From an uncultured Planctomycetaceae bacterium (GTDB taxonomy: Bacteria > Planctomycetota > Planctomycetia > Planctomycetales > Planctomycetaceae), in NCBI GenBank assembly GCA_963815195.1, contig CAWFGE010000013.1, positions 352,001 through 416,000 on the forward strand: 64,000 nt of DNA, read 5' to 3'. The position numbers and the translations under genes were made by a program. Positions within the stretch are counted from its first letter, which is position 1. Each line of letters starts with the position of its first letter. The notes under the pieces are model-generated. The model saw only the letters and a program-made list of their open reading frames with translations, was not told where the DNA came from and did not search any database. Below are positions 18,944-29,962 of this stretch, piece after piece.

Positions 18944-20860
18944 TTGACCGTTCGACCTTTTGAGGAGAAGCCTGTGTCCATTGCTCCGACTTCGCAACAC
19001 GATTCGCTCGACATCACGACTTCTTCGGTTTCCCCCTCCGCCGCGTCCAAAGCAGCCGCGCCCCCGGCCGATGATCCCGCGCCCGTCAAGCGCAAACGCC
19101 GCCGGGCCAGCACGAGCCATCTCAAAGACGTGCCGGGCACCTTAGCCCTCCGCGAAGAGATCAAAGCCGCCGCCGAAAAGTTCGCAGAGCCGTTGGACAA
19201 ATCCCGCCCGTTCAACAAAGGCGAACTCGAAGCCCACGGCCGGGAACTTTTGGAGCAAATTGGGCTGCCCGAAAAATACCTGGGCTTCGCGATGGTGCTC
19301 GTCGGGAATTTCTTCTGGAAGCGGCAGTTCCTCGCCACGCCGTTTGAACGGCGGATGCTGTTGTTGCCGCATTGCCTCAAACACGCCGAGGGCTGCCCGG
19401 CCGATTACGACGAGTTCGGCCTGGACTGCGAACGCTGCGGGGCCTGCTCGATTGCCGATTATAAAGTCAAAGCGGAGCAACTTGGCTATAAAGTCTTGGT
19501 CGCGGAAGGCTCGCCGATTGTTTTGAAGATCATCGTCTCCGGCTACATCGACGGCATCTTGGGCGTGGCGTGTTTGAACGTCTTGGAGAAGGCGATCGAT
19601 AAAGTTTTGATCGCCGGCGTGCCGAGCTATGCGATCCCGCTGCACTCCGGGGACTGCAAAAATACGACGCTGGACGAAGCCTGGGTCTGGGACGTGCTCG
19701 AACAATACGAACCGCTTCCGGAACCGCAAACTTCCAGTTATGTCCCCTTGATGCGGGCCGCGAACCGCTTGTTCGACGACCGCTTCGAAACGCTGCTGCC
19801 CCGCATCCGCACCAAAACCCCCGCAGCCGCGAACAGTCCTTTGGGGAAAACCGAACAGATTTCCTACGATTGGCTGGCGAACGGCGGCAAGCGGTTTCGG
19901 CCATTTATGACGCTCGCCGCTTATGACGCCCTCACCGGAGCCAAGGGCCTGACCGCGGGTCCCGGCGGCGAGGAATCGCTCGAATATTCCGCCGGCGTCG
20001 GCCGGGTGGCGATGGCGATCGAAGCCTTCCACAAAGCCTCGCTGGTGCATGACGACATCGAAGATGACGACCAGTACCGCTACGGCCAGGAAACGCTGCA
20101 CCGCAAATACGACCTGGGCACGGCGATCAACGTGGGCGACTATCTGATCGGCCTCGGTTATCGGCTGGTAAGTTCCGCCCGGACGGACATCGGAGCCGAG
20201 GCCGCCGCCGACATTCTCGACCGCATGGCCGCGGCCCACGTCAAACTCTGCGACGGCCAGGGCGCGGAGATGGCTTGGCAGTCCGCCCCGAACGCCGAAC
20301 TCACGCCGCTGGATGCCCTGCAAATCTACGCTCTCAAAACCTCGCCCGCTTTCGAAGCGGCGCTTGTATGCGGGTCTGCGGATGGCCGGACCCGTGGCGG
20401 AATACGAAGAGTTCCTGCCGCAGTTCGCCCGGCAGGTCGGCGTGGGCTTTCAGATCCTAAACGACCTCAAAGACTGGCGGGGCGACGACAACAACAAACT
20501 CGTCGCCGGCCAGGATGCGCTCTCGCTTCGCCCCACCGTGCTGTTGGCATCGCGTATCAATCCGCGAATGAAGAAGACCGCCGGAGTTTGCATCGCCTGT
20601 TGGAAAGCAAAAACCCGCAGGCCCAGCGGATCGAGCAGCTTCGAAAACTCTTCGAGAAGCACAAGGTCTTCGACAAGGCGGAAGTCCTCATCGAAAAATC
20701 CCGCACCCGCGCGGAAGCCTTGGTGGAAGACATCGAGTCCGAGGAACTCCGGCAACTGTTCCACTTCCTGATCGACACCGTCCTCGCCCCCGAAGACATC
20801 CCGCAGCCCGATGTGCCGCCGGACCCCGTGATGGTGCCATTGCAGATCAGCGGAACCTAA
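18944..20860 (+). CDS. DUF116-like Cys-rich domain fused to a trans-polyprenyl diphosphate synthase (two compensating indels at about 20364 and 20548)
   Basis: [26 protein letters not shown] (DUF116-like); [27 protein letters not shown]; second motif FQILNDLKD lies in the shifted frame; exact start uncertain. Confidence 0.85.
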   Translation: MTVRPFEEKPVSIAPTSQHDSLDITTSSVSPSAASKAAAPPADDPAPVKRKRRRASTSHLKDVPGTLALREEIKAAAEKFAEPLDKSRPFNKGELEAHGRELLEQIGLPEKYLGFAMVLVGNFFWKRQFLATPFERRMLLLPHCLKHAEGCPADYDEFGLDCERCGACSIADYKVKAEQLGYKVLVAEGSPIVLKIIVSGYIDGILGVACLNVLEKAIDKVLIAGVPSYAIPLHSGDCKNTTLDEAWVWDVLEQYEPLPEPQTSSYVPLMRAANRLFDDRFETLLPRIRTKTPAAANSPLGKTEQISYDWLANGGKRFRPFMTLAAYDALTGAKGLTAGPGGEESLEYSAGVGRVAMAIEAFHKASLVHDDIEDDDQYRYGQETLHRKYDLGTAINVGDYLIGLGYRLVSSARTDIGAEAAADILDRMAAAHVKLCDGQGAEMAWQSAPNAELTPLDALQIYALKTSPAFEAALVCGSADGRTRGGIRRVPAAVRPAGRRGLSDPKRPQRLAGRRQQQTRRRPGCALASPHRAVGIAYQSANEEDRRSLHRLLESKNPQAQRIEQLRKLFEKHKVFDKAEVLIEKSRTRAEALVEDIESEELRQLFHFLIDTVLAPEDIPQPDVPPDPVMVPLQISGT

Positions 20861-20961
20861 TCGGCTTGCTTGTGTCCTCTGCTGTATGATCCGGGATTGA
20901 GGATGGGATTCCATTATTGGGATTCCTGACCAACCATTGCTTTCTAAAGGGGCAATTCGGC

Positions 20962-22502
20962 ATGACGGACCCCAATCATTCCATTCTGTGCCCAGTCCAA
21001 CAGCAAGCGTTTGACCTACTTATTCAGTCCGCCGAGATTGGCAACATCCTGCATTGCTGGTCAAAAACCGGACGCGGCCAAAGCACGGTTCTGACACATT
21101 TGCACCGCCGTTTCGGGGGTGTGTTTCTGGGGATCAAGGATTTCGTGGAGGGCACGAACGGCAGCCACCCCTTGGCGTTGGAAGATGCTCTGTACCAGAT
21201 TGTGCTGGATGCCCTTCAGAAAAACGACTGCGTGATCGTCGATGACATTCACGTAGCCACCGCCGCGATGAGCGAGTGCCATTTTTATCCTCGCGCGGGA
21301 TACCTGGATTCGCCCATGACCGTACTCGCCGCCTATGCGGTGGAATCGGGCAAGACTATGATCCTCGGCAGTAACGGGAAGTTGCCAGCTCCGCTCCGCG
21401 AGCGCAGTTTCGGGATTGGGATTCGGAGCTTCGCTCCAGAAGATTACTCCCACCTCTGCCGGCAATTTCTAGAAGTTGATGATCTCCATCTTGAGATTTC
21501 CAAAGTTCATCGGTTTGCGCCGAAACTCAATGCCCATCAATTGAAATTGGCCTGTGCGTGGTGCCGGCAAAATAAGACGCTGAATACGGAGGGAATTCAT
21601 TAAGTATCTCCGCTCGCAGCAACTTACCAGCAACGTGGCGCTGGGCGAAGTGGCGGAGGTTGATCTGACGGAACTCAAGGGTGTGGACGATGTGCTAAAA
21701 AGCCTGGATGCCAACATTGTCCTTCCGCTTGAGAACGATGAATTGGCCAACGAATTAAACCTCAAGCCCAAACGCGGCGTATTACTGGTCGGTCCTCCAG
21801 GAACCGGAAAAACGACCGTGGGCCGCGCTTGGCCCATCGCCTGCGTGGAAAATTCTTTCTGGTGGATGGCACCTTCATCTCTGGAACCAACGACTTTTAC
21901 AATTTGGTGCACCAGGTTTTTCAGGCGGCGAAGGACAACGCGCCTCGGTGATTTTTATCGACGACAGCGACGTAATTTTCGAGAGCGGCCAGGAACACGG
22001 CCTGTACCGTTATTTGCTGACCATGCTGGATGGCTTGGAAAGTGAAAGCGCCGGCGGCGTGTGCGTGATGATGACTGCGATGGACGTGGGCAATCTCCCT
22101 CCCGCCTTGGTTCGTTCTGGGCGGATTGAACTGTGGTTGGAAATGCGGTTGCCTAATCGGCTGGCCCGTTTGGCGATTCTCGAACAGCACCTTGCCGCTG
22201 CACCGAAACCGCTCAACGAGGCCGACGCGAAACAGATTGTCCAGGCAACCGATGGGTTTACCGGTGCCGATCTGAAACGCACCCTGGAAGATGGGAAAGC
22301 GCTTTACGCCTATGACCGAGTTGCCGGCGACGGAATCCAACCCGTAACGGAATACTATCTCGCCTCCCGCGCAAACTGTTCGTGCCAACAAGGAAAAATA
22401 TGCCCAGGCCGAGGCACAAGCCAACGCCAGCCGACCTTCGCCCCGGTGTGGTTCAATCCTTATTCCGACTATGATTTTCATGATGACGAGGTCGAGGATT
22501 GA
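20962..22502 (+). CDS. AAA+ ATPase with a degenerate N-terminal P-loop domain, interrupted by about five single-base indels
   Basis: GVLLVGPPGTGKT, IFIDDSD, LPPALVRSGRIE, TDGFTGADL spread over three frames; indels near 21591, 21828, 21943, 22367 and 22441. Confidence 0.75.
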
Positions 22503-22505
22503 CCC

Positions 22506-22694
22506 ATGTGGCAAGACCCGATCGTTGAAGAGATGCGACAGTTGCGCAAACAATACGCCTCCCAATTCAATTATGATTTGTCGGCCATCTGCCACGATTT
22601 GCGCGAAAGACAAAAGAAATCTGGCCGTAAGGTTGTCATCTTGCCGCCCCGCCGTCCAGCGGATGTCAAAACCGATAGCCAGCCCGCAGCATAA
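22506..22694 (+). CDS. Small hypothetical protein (DPIVEE.R..R family)
   Basis: [29 protein letters not shown] resembles a widespread small-protein family; tightly spaced between neighbouring genes. Confidence 0.65.
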   Translation: MWQDPIVEEMRQLRKQYASQFNYDLSAICHDLRERQKKSGRKVVILPPRRPADVKTDSQPAA

Positions 22695-22709
22695 GAAGGA
22701 CGAAGCAAA

Positions 22710-23179
22710 ATGAGCTACACCGAATTGATCGAAGACTACCTCGCCGGCCCCGGGTTGTTGCGGGAGGCGATTGGCGGATGAGTGCGGCGGAGTTGGACGC
22801 GGCTCCGGTGGCGGGGAAATGGTCCACTCGGCAGGTGGTGTGCCACATTGCGGACTTCGAGCCGGTGTATGCCGACCGCATGAAGCGGGTCATCGCCGAG
22901 GACCAGCCGCCGCTCCGGGGCGGGGATCCGGACGTGTTCGCCGCCAAGCTGGCGTATGACGAGCGGAACATCGAAGACGAACTTCTGCTTATTGAAGCCG
23001 TGCGCCGGCATGTGGCGGCGATTCTCAAAACCCTGCCGGGCGAGGCGTTTGAGCGGACGGGCCTGCATTCGGTGGATGGGCCGCTGAGCTTGGAAACCTT
23101 GCTCCGGCGGATCACGGGGCACATTCCGCATCACATCCGCTTCATCGAGGAAAAACGCGAAATGCTCCGCGGCAAATGA
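22710..23179 (+). CDS. DinB/YfiT-like metal-dependent protein (one -1 indel at about 22776)
   Basis: [16 protein letters not shown] and GHIPHH; the N-terminus [21 protein letters not shown] joins ORF 22778-23179 if one base is added. Confidence 0.8.
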
Positions 23180-23181
23180 GC

Positions 23182-23244
23182 GTAGGGTGGGCATCGCCCA
23201 CCGAAATGCAAAGATCGCTTTGGGAATGGTGGGCGATGCCCACC
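23182..23244. repeat. GTAG-type REP doublet; second arm interrupted by the IS
   Basis: GTAGGGTGGGCATCGCCCACC ... GGTGGGCGATGCCCACC; the remainder CTAC lies at 24724-24727. Confidence 0.85.
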
Positions 23245-24711
23245 CACCCCTTTCAACATGTCACTTACCCCTGGATTTGGCCAGAGTTCGCGCGGTGGAG
23301 ATATGGTGATTCCGTTTGCCGCTCTTTTTTCGAGGCTGTGGTTTTTTCGGCCCGCGTTTCTTTTTGGGGTAACGCGTCAAGTCGATGCGTGTAGCAAGTC
23401 GCACCAACTCGCTCGCAAGTTTTCCAGCAGACATGATTTGATAGTGTTGCCAGGCTTCGGCGTCCACGGCAATGTTCATGCCCACCGTCGTGGCTGTCAC
23501 GTCCTGCGTCAGATGATAGTCCGACAGTTGTTCTTCGATCGTTTCTGCACTGTGAACGGACCGCAGGGCCGCTTTCACGACGGCATAAGTGTTATAGGCC
23601 AATACCGCCGTGGCGAACGCGAACGGCGCAGCCTTGGGGTAGCCCAGCGTCTCCACTTCGCAACGCAACACCTCGGTCAGAGTTTGGAAGGCTTCTTCAA
23701 TCGTCCAGCGCTTGCGATACAGAAAAGCCACTTTTGCGCATTGGCGACTTTGACAGGCAAGTTGGTCAGGATGTGAATCTCAGTGTCACCATTCTCTGTG
23801 GGCGTATCCAATTGGATGGTGATCCGCCGGACTCGCAACGTCTCTTCACCCTGGGACAGCTCGGCCGACTGCTCGAAAACAACACCCGTTTCGATGCGTC
23901 CGATGCGTTTCCGGCGACCGACGAGTTTCCAGGTGAGTGTCGAAGCGTGTTGGCGAATGACAAAGTAGGCCGACTGCTTGACAATTCCAAACAGAAACTT
24001 GGTCGTGCAGAAGTTCCGGTCGGCGATTGTCACCGTCTCGGCCCGGATCCATTCCAGAAGCTCCGGCAGAAGCGAACGTTCCTGAGCATGCCCGTCTTCA
24101 CACGGGAGCAGTTCCGAAATCAGATCCCGCTGCGCATCCAGAAGCGCCAAGGTCTGGCCGGGCAAAGGGCCTTCCCGCGTGACGCGCAATTCCGCCAGCC
24201 GATGCTCAGTCGCCGCCAAATGATTCCCGTCCAAATACTGCACGTGATAGCCCGGCAAAAGTTCGCGGCATGCTCCCGGCATGGCATCGATGACTTGAGC
24301 CGCGTCCTGGCTCGTTTCCCGGATCATCGTCGCCGAAAGACCGGGTTCAAGACGGTTCAACTTGCCATAAAGCGCGGCCGGCGAAACCGCCAGTCGATCC
24401 TTGGCGGCCAAGTATCCGGCATGGACCGACGTGTGCGTCCGCGTCGCCACGCCCATCATCAGGGCCACCACTTGCGAAAACAGCAATTCTTTCTCGTATT
24501 GTCTCTGCGAAGCGTCGGCGAAAATCTCATCCAGTCGATCCGACGACACAAGATTCTCGAGCGTTGCTCGAACCATCACTGCCGCTGGACATTCTTCCAC
24601 AAAACGATCAAGCACAGCGTCGGGCCACATCCTTGCCGCCTCCATAAGGTTTGATACAACAATCCCTGTAGAAGCGACTTATAGCAAAAAACTAACATGT
24701 TGAAAGGGGTG
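23245..24711 (-). mobile_element. IS4-family insertion sequence, 1467 bp
   Basis: 17-bp perfect TIR CACCCCTTTCAACATGT; 12-bp direct repeat GCGATGCCCACC at 23233-23244 and 24712-24723. Confidence 0.92.
23261..24645 (-). CDS. IS4-family DDE transposase (one indel at about 23733)
   Basis: YLDGNHL, IADRNF, LYRKRWTIEEAF (YREK-like); two ORFs join by adding one A to the A4 run. Confidence 0.88.
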
Positions 24712-24723
24712 GCGATGCCCACC

Positions 24724-25170
24724 CTACTTTTGCCGGCAGCCCATTGTGAGGAGGATGTTCGCCCATAGGGATTGGTCGGCGGTTTGGATGGTGAGGACGT
24801 GGTCGTCCGAAGCGACCGCTTCGTAGAAGTTCCATTTCTGGATGGGTTCCAGCTTCAAGTTGAGGTTCGCGGCTTGGAGGACTTCGCGGTATTCGGCCCA
24901 CACCGGCGGCTCGCCTTCCTGGGCGTAGGGATCATCCGGTGGAATGCCCATCGTGTTGACTGCGTCCAAGGGCACCGCCGAGACCACCGCTTCCAACGCT
25001 TGCCGGCACGTCACCACGCCGGGCGAGAGGTTCAAGCACACGAGTTGGGCATTCGGGCCGCGCTTGGTGGAAGCGGGATAATTGCCGTCGGCGATCAGAA
25101 TCTTCGCATGATGCCCCGCCCGGCCGAGGACCGCGTTGATATCGGGGTGAATCAAAGTGTGCTTCAGCAT
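24724..25170 (-). CDS. RbsD/FucU family sugar pyranase/mutarotase
   Basis: GHHAKILIADGNYP, FYEA, ANILLTMG. Confidence 0.85.
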   Translation of the reverse strand: MLKHTLIHPDINAVLGRAGHHAKILIADGNYPASTKRGPNAQLVCLNLSPGVVTCRQALEAVVSAVPLDAVNTMGIPPDDPYAQEGEPPVWAEYREVLQAANLNLKLEPIQKWNFYEAVASDDHVLTIQTADQSLWANILLTMGCRQK

Positions 25171-26792
25171 TAAGCGGCACCGTTGTTGTTGTCGGCGGGC
25201 GGAGCCGGTTTCTTGGCGGGCGGTGCGGATTCGGATTCCGTCTTCTCGGGTTCATCGACGAGCACAAACAGGATGTGCACCCGTTTGGCGGTCTTCTCTT
25301 CGGCCGCGGGATTTGTGCCGGTGCCGTCGGCCTCGGATTGTTTTTTCGCTTCGGTCCCCGCGCGTTTCTTTTGGAGTTCGTCCAGCACGTTTGCGGGCAG
25401 GGTCAATTGCCGCTGTCTGGACGGAGCCGTCTGATGGAAGTTCCCGCTGCCGCCTCCGAATCCCCTCTGAAATGCACCGAACTTGGGTGCGTCCCGCTTT
25501 TCGTCGGCGGGCGTTTTCTGTTGGCCGTTGGACGCTGTCGCCGCTCGCGGAGTACCGAACCTGGCCGCGGTTTTTTTCTCCCCGGCCGGCGGTTGGGATT
25601 GGGCGGCTGGTGCGGTCTGGGCTTCGGCCTTAAAGGGGGCGGGGGTCTTGTCGCGTCCAGGCTCCGCGGCGGGGGCCGGTTGCGGCGTGCGGGCGGCTTT
25701 CATTTTGATCTGCGCGGGATTGATCGATTGCAGCCCCGGCACGTCCGCCCCTGCCGCGCCGAACGGCTGCACGCGGTTCCGCCGCTGGGCGTCGTCCATC
25801 GGCTCCGGCGAGGTGATCAGCGGATCGAGCCCGGCGACCGTGATCGGGGCGTCGATCGTCAACTGCCGGAAGGCCGCTTCCTTTTGCAGTTCCCGCATCG
25901 CGGCGGCCAATTGGTTGTCGCTGGTTTCCACATACACCGCCAGGAGCGAAGAGTTCTGCGATGGGCTGCGAGCATTCGCTCCCGTTTCACCGAGCTTCGG
26001 CGTGTCGGCGGAGACGATCTGGTGCTTTTTCAAGAGGACCTGAAGATCGCGCAGCCCTTGCTGGCGATCGACGACGGTGAGTTTCACCACGGCGATCTTG
26101 TCGCCTTGCTGGTCCAAGGCTTCGACGACCTGGCCGATGGGCACATCTTTCAGGTTGTGGCCGAAGACCAACTGCGATTCCCGATCCGCCGCCGAAAGTC
26201 CCTTTCGCTGGAAAGAATCGGCCACGATACCCGCGCCGGCCGTTTTTTGCGGGGCGGCCGGTTCCCGGATCGGGGATTCTGGGGGAAGGGCCAGGTTCCT
26301 CGCGTCCGCCAATTCATTCCCGGGAGCCATGGGCTGGGGCGGCTGGCTGCGTAGGGTGCTGTCTCCCGACGGCGATTCCGTGGACGAGCGATGGTCCGGC
26401 GATGTTTGGGCCAGTTCGGAATTCTCTTGCCCCGCATGGGGGAACGCAAACCACACGATCACCAGCGCCGCCGCCGCGGAAACCGCCAGGGCCGCGAGAC
26501 GCATCCACGAACGACCGGCCTGGACTTTGGAAGGTGTCTTGACGTCCGATGCGGTCGCGGCGGAGCCGCGCGGTCGACTTTCGCACTCGGCCAAAATCCC
26601 GGACGCGAACGTCTTCGGCAGGCTTTCCCGCGGGAGTTGCCGGAGGAGTTCGCGGACTTGCTCCAATTCGCCAAGTTCCTGCCGGGCTTCCGGGGATTCG
26701 CTCAACAGACGTTCCACCTCATCCCGCTCGCCGGGCGAAAGCTCGCCATCGAGATAGGCCGACAACAAATGATGAGCGGAAACAGGCTTCAT
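25170..26792 (-). CDS. Anti-sigma-factor-like single-pass membrane protein
   Basis: LLSAYLDGELSPGERDEVERLL (zf-HC2-like, without His/Cys), one TM helix, long Pro/Ala-rich C-terminal region. Confidence 0.7.
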   Translation of the reverse strand: MKPVSAHHLLSAYLDGELSPGERDEVERLLSESPEARQELGELEQVRELLRQLPRESLPKTFASGILAECESRPRGSAATASDVKTPSKVQAGRSWMRLAALAVSAAAALVIVWFAFPHAGQENSELAQTSPDHRSSTESPSGDSTLRSQPPQPMAPGNELADARNLALPPESPIREPAAPQKTAGAGIVADSFQRKGLSAADRESQLVFGHNLKDVPIGQVVEALDQQGDKIAVVKLTVVDRQQGLRDLQVLLKKHQIVSADTPKLGETGANARSPSQNSSLLAVYVETSDNQLAAAMRELQKEAAFRQLTIDAPITVAGLDPLITSPEPMDDAQRRNRVQPFGAAGADVPGLQSINPAQIKMKAARTPQPAPAAEPGRDKTPAPFKAEAQTAPAAQSQPPAGEKKTAARFGTPRAATASNGQQKTPADEKRDAPKFGAFQRGFGGGSGNFHQTAPSRQRQLTLPANVLDELQKKRAGTEAKKQSEADGTGTNPAAEEKTAKRVHILFVLVDEPEKTESESAPPAKKPAPPADNNNGAA

Positions 26793-27096
26793 GACAATTC
26801 TCTTTGGGGGAGGGCGAAAGTGTAGCCCGCCCCGTCCAATCGGCAAAGGTCAGTTGATTTTTTGAAGGCAGGCTTTTCTCTCTCCTGGAACTTAGATAGC
26901 TTTGAGCCGAAAATCGTTCCCGGAATTCCGGAAAGAACCGCGGCAAAACCTACGATTCCCGATTTTGACGGCTAAAATGGTAAGAGCAGCAATTTTGGGA
27001 CCGGAAAAACCACTCTCATCCATGAATTCCGATGCCTTATCATGACCGGATTGCCCTGGTTTATCAAATCGGAACACTTAGCTGAATGATGTAGGA

Positions 27097-28026
27097 ATGG
27101 CCAACCACGATTATTACGAGACGCTGGGGGTTTCGCGGACCGCCACGCAGGAGGAAATCCGCAAAGCCTACAAAAAGCTCGCCCGCGAATACCACCCGGA
27201 CAATCGGCCGGACGACCCGGAGGCTGAGAAAAAATTCAAAGAGATCCAGGAAGCCAACTCGGTGCTCAGCGATCCGGAAAAGCGGGCCCAATACGACCGG
27301 TTCGGCTCGGCGTTTCAAAATGCCGGGGCTGGCGGCGGGCCGCAGTTTCACTGGACCTCGTCGGGGCCGGGCGGAGCGGTCGATTTGGAGGACATCCTCG
27401 GCGGCGGGATTGATTTGGGCAGCTTGTTCGGCGGCATGGGCGGCGGACGCCGACGCCAGCCGCAGCCGCGCCCCCAAGCCGGTCAGGATGTGGAAACGGA
27501 CATCGAAATCCCGTTCCACGTCGCGGTCGAAGGCGGCGAGCATAGCCTGCCCCTCCGCCGGGAAAACGGGCACGTCGAACGGCTGACGGTCAAGATCCCC
27601 TCGGGCGTCGACACGGGCAGCGTGATTCGGTTGTCCGGCCAGGGGCATCCCGGCAGTCACGGCGGGCCGGCGGGCGATGTGCGATTGACCGTCAAAGTCG
27701 CCCCGCATCCTTATTACCGCCGCGAGGGGAACAACATCTTGATCGATGTGCCCATCACGCCGCCCGAAGCCGCGCTCGGAACGAAGGTCGAAGTCCCCAC
27801 GGTCAAAGAAGGCAACGTGACGGTGACCATTCCGTCCGGCACGTCCAGCGGAGCCAAGCTCCGGCTCGCCGGTTTGGGCGCCCCCGATCCCAAAACAAAA
27901 AACCGCGGCGACCAGTTGGTGGTCGTGAAAATCGTCGTGCCGAAAAAACTCGACGAGGCCCAGCGAGCGCTCTACGAACAACTCGCCGACCAGTCCACCT
28001 TCGCCCCCCGCGAAAACTTGTGGTAA
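27097..28026 (+). CDS. DnaJ-class co-chaperone, CbpA-like (no zinc finger)
   Basis: DYYETLGV, HPD motif, G/F-rich region, DnaJ C-terminal domain. Confidence 0.9.
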   Translation: MANHDYYETLGVSRTATQEEIRKAYKKLAREYHPDNRPDDPEAEKKFKEIQEANSVLSDPEKRAQYDRFGSAFQNAGAGGGPQFHWTSSGPGGAVDLEDILGGGIDLGSLFGGMGGGRRRQPQPRPQAGQDVETDIEIPFHVAVEGGEHSLPLRRENGHVERLTVKIPSGVDTGSVIRLSGQGHPGSHGGPAGDVRLTVKVAPHPYYRREGNNILIDVPITPPEAALGTKVEVPTVKEGNVTVTIPSGTSSGAKLRLAGLGAPDPKTKNRGDQLVVVKIVVPKKLDEAQRALYEQLADQSTFAPRENLW

Positions 28027-28115
28027 GAACGTGTTTCAAAACCTGAGCGGTACGCAATAGCGGCCGCGCAGGTTTGTTGAGGAAAAAATGAGACGCCGGG
28101 TTCACTCGCTTTCGA

Positions 28116-29876
28116 CTACAGCCGCTTCGACAACCTCTGTGCCAGGCGTTTGAGGGCGGGGCTGATGTCCTTGGGATCGAGATGGATGTTCAAGAGGCTG
28201 AAGGTGTCCTTGTTCGCGAAGGCGGCGCTTAACGCCTTTTCCAGATCGCCTTCGGTGCGGACTTCAAACCCCCAGCCGCGGCCGAGCAGATCGGGCAGCC
28301 GGTGGTAATGCCAGTTGGGGATGTCGTTGAACGGCCCATCCTGCAGGAACCGCTCGGTGGTGTAGCCTTTGTTGTTGAGGACCATCACGATCGGATTGAA
28401 GCCGTGCCGGGCCGCGGTGGAGAGTTCCAGGCACGTCATTTGGAACGCCCCGTCCCCGACAAACACCAGCGGGCGGAGATCGGGGTTCGCGACTTGAATC
28501 CCCACCGCCGCGGGAATGGAAAAGCCCATCGACGTGTAATACGCGGGGCTGATGAACTCGGTGTGGCGGTAGATCGTCAAATCGGAAGCCGCGAACAGCG
28601 AATCCCCCACGTCGGCGACGACGACGGTGCGCTCATCGAGCATCTCGTTCATGCGGGCGAACAGCCGCTTGACGGTTAATGGCGCATTCGGCTTGAGCGT
28701 GAACTTCTCTTCGTTCCGCTCGATCTTGGGCACCGGGCGTTTGACGACGTCGAAATGCGCCTTCGCGAGGCCTTTGACGAAATCCGGGAGGAGCACGTCA
28801 TGGAAATGGTGATGGCGGATGCGGAGCTTTTCGCTGGTGGCGTAAATGCATTTCCCGGGATCGAGATTGGCGGTGAAGATGCCAAGGTTGATGTCGGTCA
28901 TAAATGTGCCCAACAGGATCACGCAATCGCTGTCCTCGACGTATTGCCGGACCGACTCGCGGCCCATCGCGCCTTCGTAGAGTCCGAGATACAGCGGATG
29001 CTTTTCGCTGACGACCGACTTGCCCAAGAGCGTCGCGCACATGGGGAGCTTGTTTTTCTCGGCGAGCTTGAGCACTTCTTCCCGCAGCCCGAAGCGGTGC
29101 ACCTCCACGCCCGCGATCACCACGGGCTTTTCGCATTGATCGATGAGCTGCTTCGCTTCTTCGAGGGCCTCGCGGAGGGCGTCTTTGTCGCTTTGCAGGT
29201 TTTCCGCAACGGGTTCGTGCGGGAACAGGCCTTCGGACTGCACGCGGTCGCGGGGCAGTTCCAAATACACGGGCCGTTTGAACCTGACCGCGGCTTCGAG
29301 GCAGCGGTCGATTTCCCGGAACGCGGTCAGCGGGTCGTCGAGCGAAGCCGTGGCGACCGTGATCTTTTCAAACACTTCCCGCTGCGTGTTGAAGTCCCGC
29401 ACGCGGTGATGCAGCAGCGGGTCGGCCCGGCGTTCTTCCACGCCCGGCGCGCCGCTGATGACCACCACCGGCGATTTCTCGGCATAGGCCCCCGCGATCG
29501 CGTTGCACAGGCTCAATCCGCCCACGCAATACGTCACGCACACCGCGCCCAGGCCGTTGATGCGGGCGTAGCTGTCGGCCGCGTAGCCGGCGTTGTCTTC
29601 GCGGGTCATCCCGACCACGCGGATCGGGCTGTCTTCGAGCATTCCGTAGAATTGGAGCACAAAGTCGCCCGGAATGCCGAACATGTCCTTGAGGCCGTAA
29701 TCCTGCAAACGCTGGATCAAATACTGTCCGATGGATTGCGAACGCCCGTTCGCGGAGGCTTTTGCGCGGCCGGAAACCGCCTTCCCCGCAGTTCTGCGGG
29801 TCTTTTCGGTTTTGATTTTTGTGGGGGTTTTCGGTTTCGAAGGAGCCGGTTTCGCGGTGCTTTTTCGGGGGGCCAT
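28116..29876 (-). CDS. TPP-dependent alpha-keto acid (indolepyruvate/phenylpyruvate) decarboxylase
   Basis: [32 protein letters not shown]...NNKGYTTER. Confidence 0.88.
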   Translation of the reverse strand: MAPRKSTAKPAPSKPKTPTKIKTEKTRRTAGKAVSGRAKASANGRSQSIGQYLIQRLQDYGLKDMFGIPGDFVLQFYGMLEDSPIRVVGMTREDNAGYAADSYARINGLGAVCVTYCVGGLSLCNAIAGAYAEKSPVVVISGAPGVEERRADPLLHHRVRDFNTQREVFEKITVATASLDDPLTAFREIDRCLEAAVRFKRPVYLELPRDRVQSEGLFPHEPVAENLQSDKDALREALEEAKQLIDQCEKPVVIAGVEVHRFGLREEVLKLAEKNKLPMCATLLGKSVVSEKHPLYLGLYEGAMGRESVRQYVEDSDCVILLGTFMTDINLGIFTANLDPGKCIYATSEKLRIRHHHFHDVLLPDFVKGLAKAHFDVVKRPVPKIERNEEKFTLKPNAPLTVKRLFARMNEMLDERTVVVADVGDSLFAASDLTIYRHTEFISPAYYTSMGFSIPAAVGIQVANPDLRPLVFVGDGAFQMTCLELSTAARHGFNPIVMVLNNKGYTTERFLQDGPFNDIPNWHYHRLPDLLGRGWGFEVRTEGDLEKALSAAFANKDTFSLLNIHLDPKDISPALKRLAQRLSKRL

Positions 29877-29962
29877 TAAATAAAACTCCTGATAGGACGC
29901 CGCGGTTTTGCAATGTGGAAATGCGTAAAAACCAAGCGTCCGATGGACGGCTGAGGACCATT

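Noticed and set aside
22506..22694. Toxin-antitoxin module
   Set aside because: The small protein has no adjacent recognisable toxin gene
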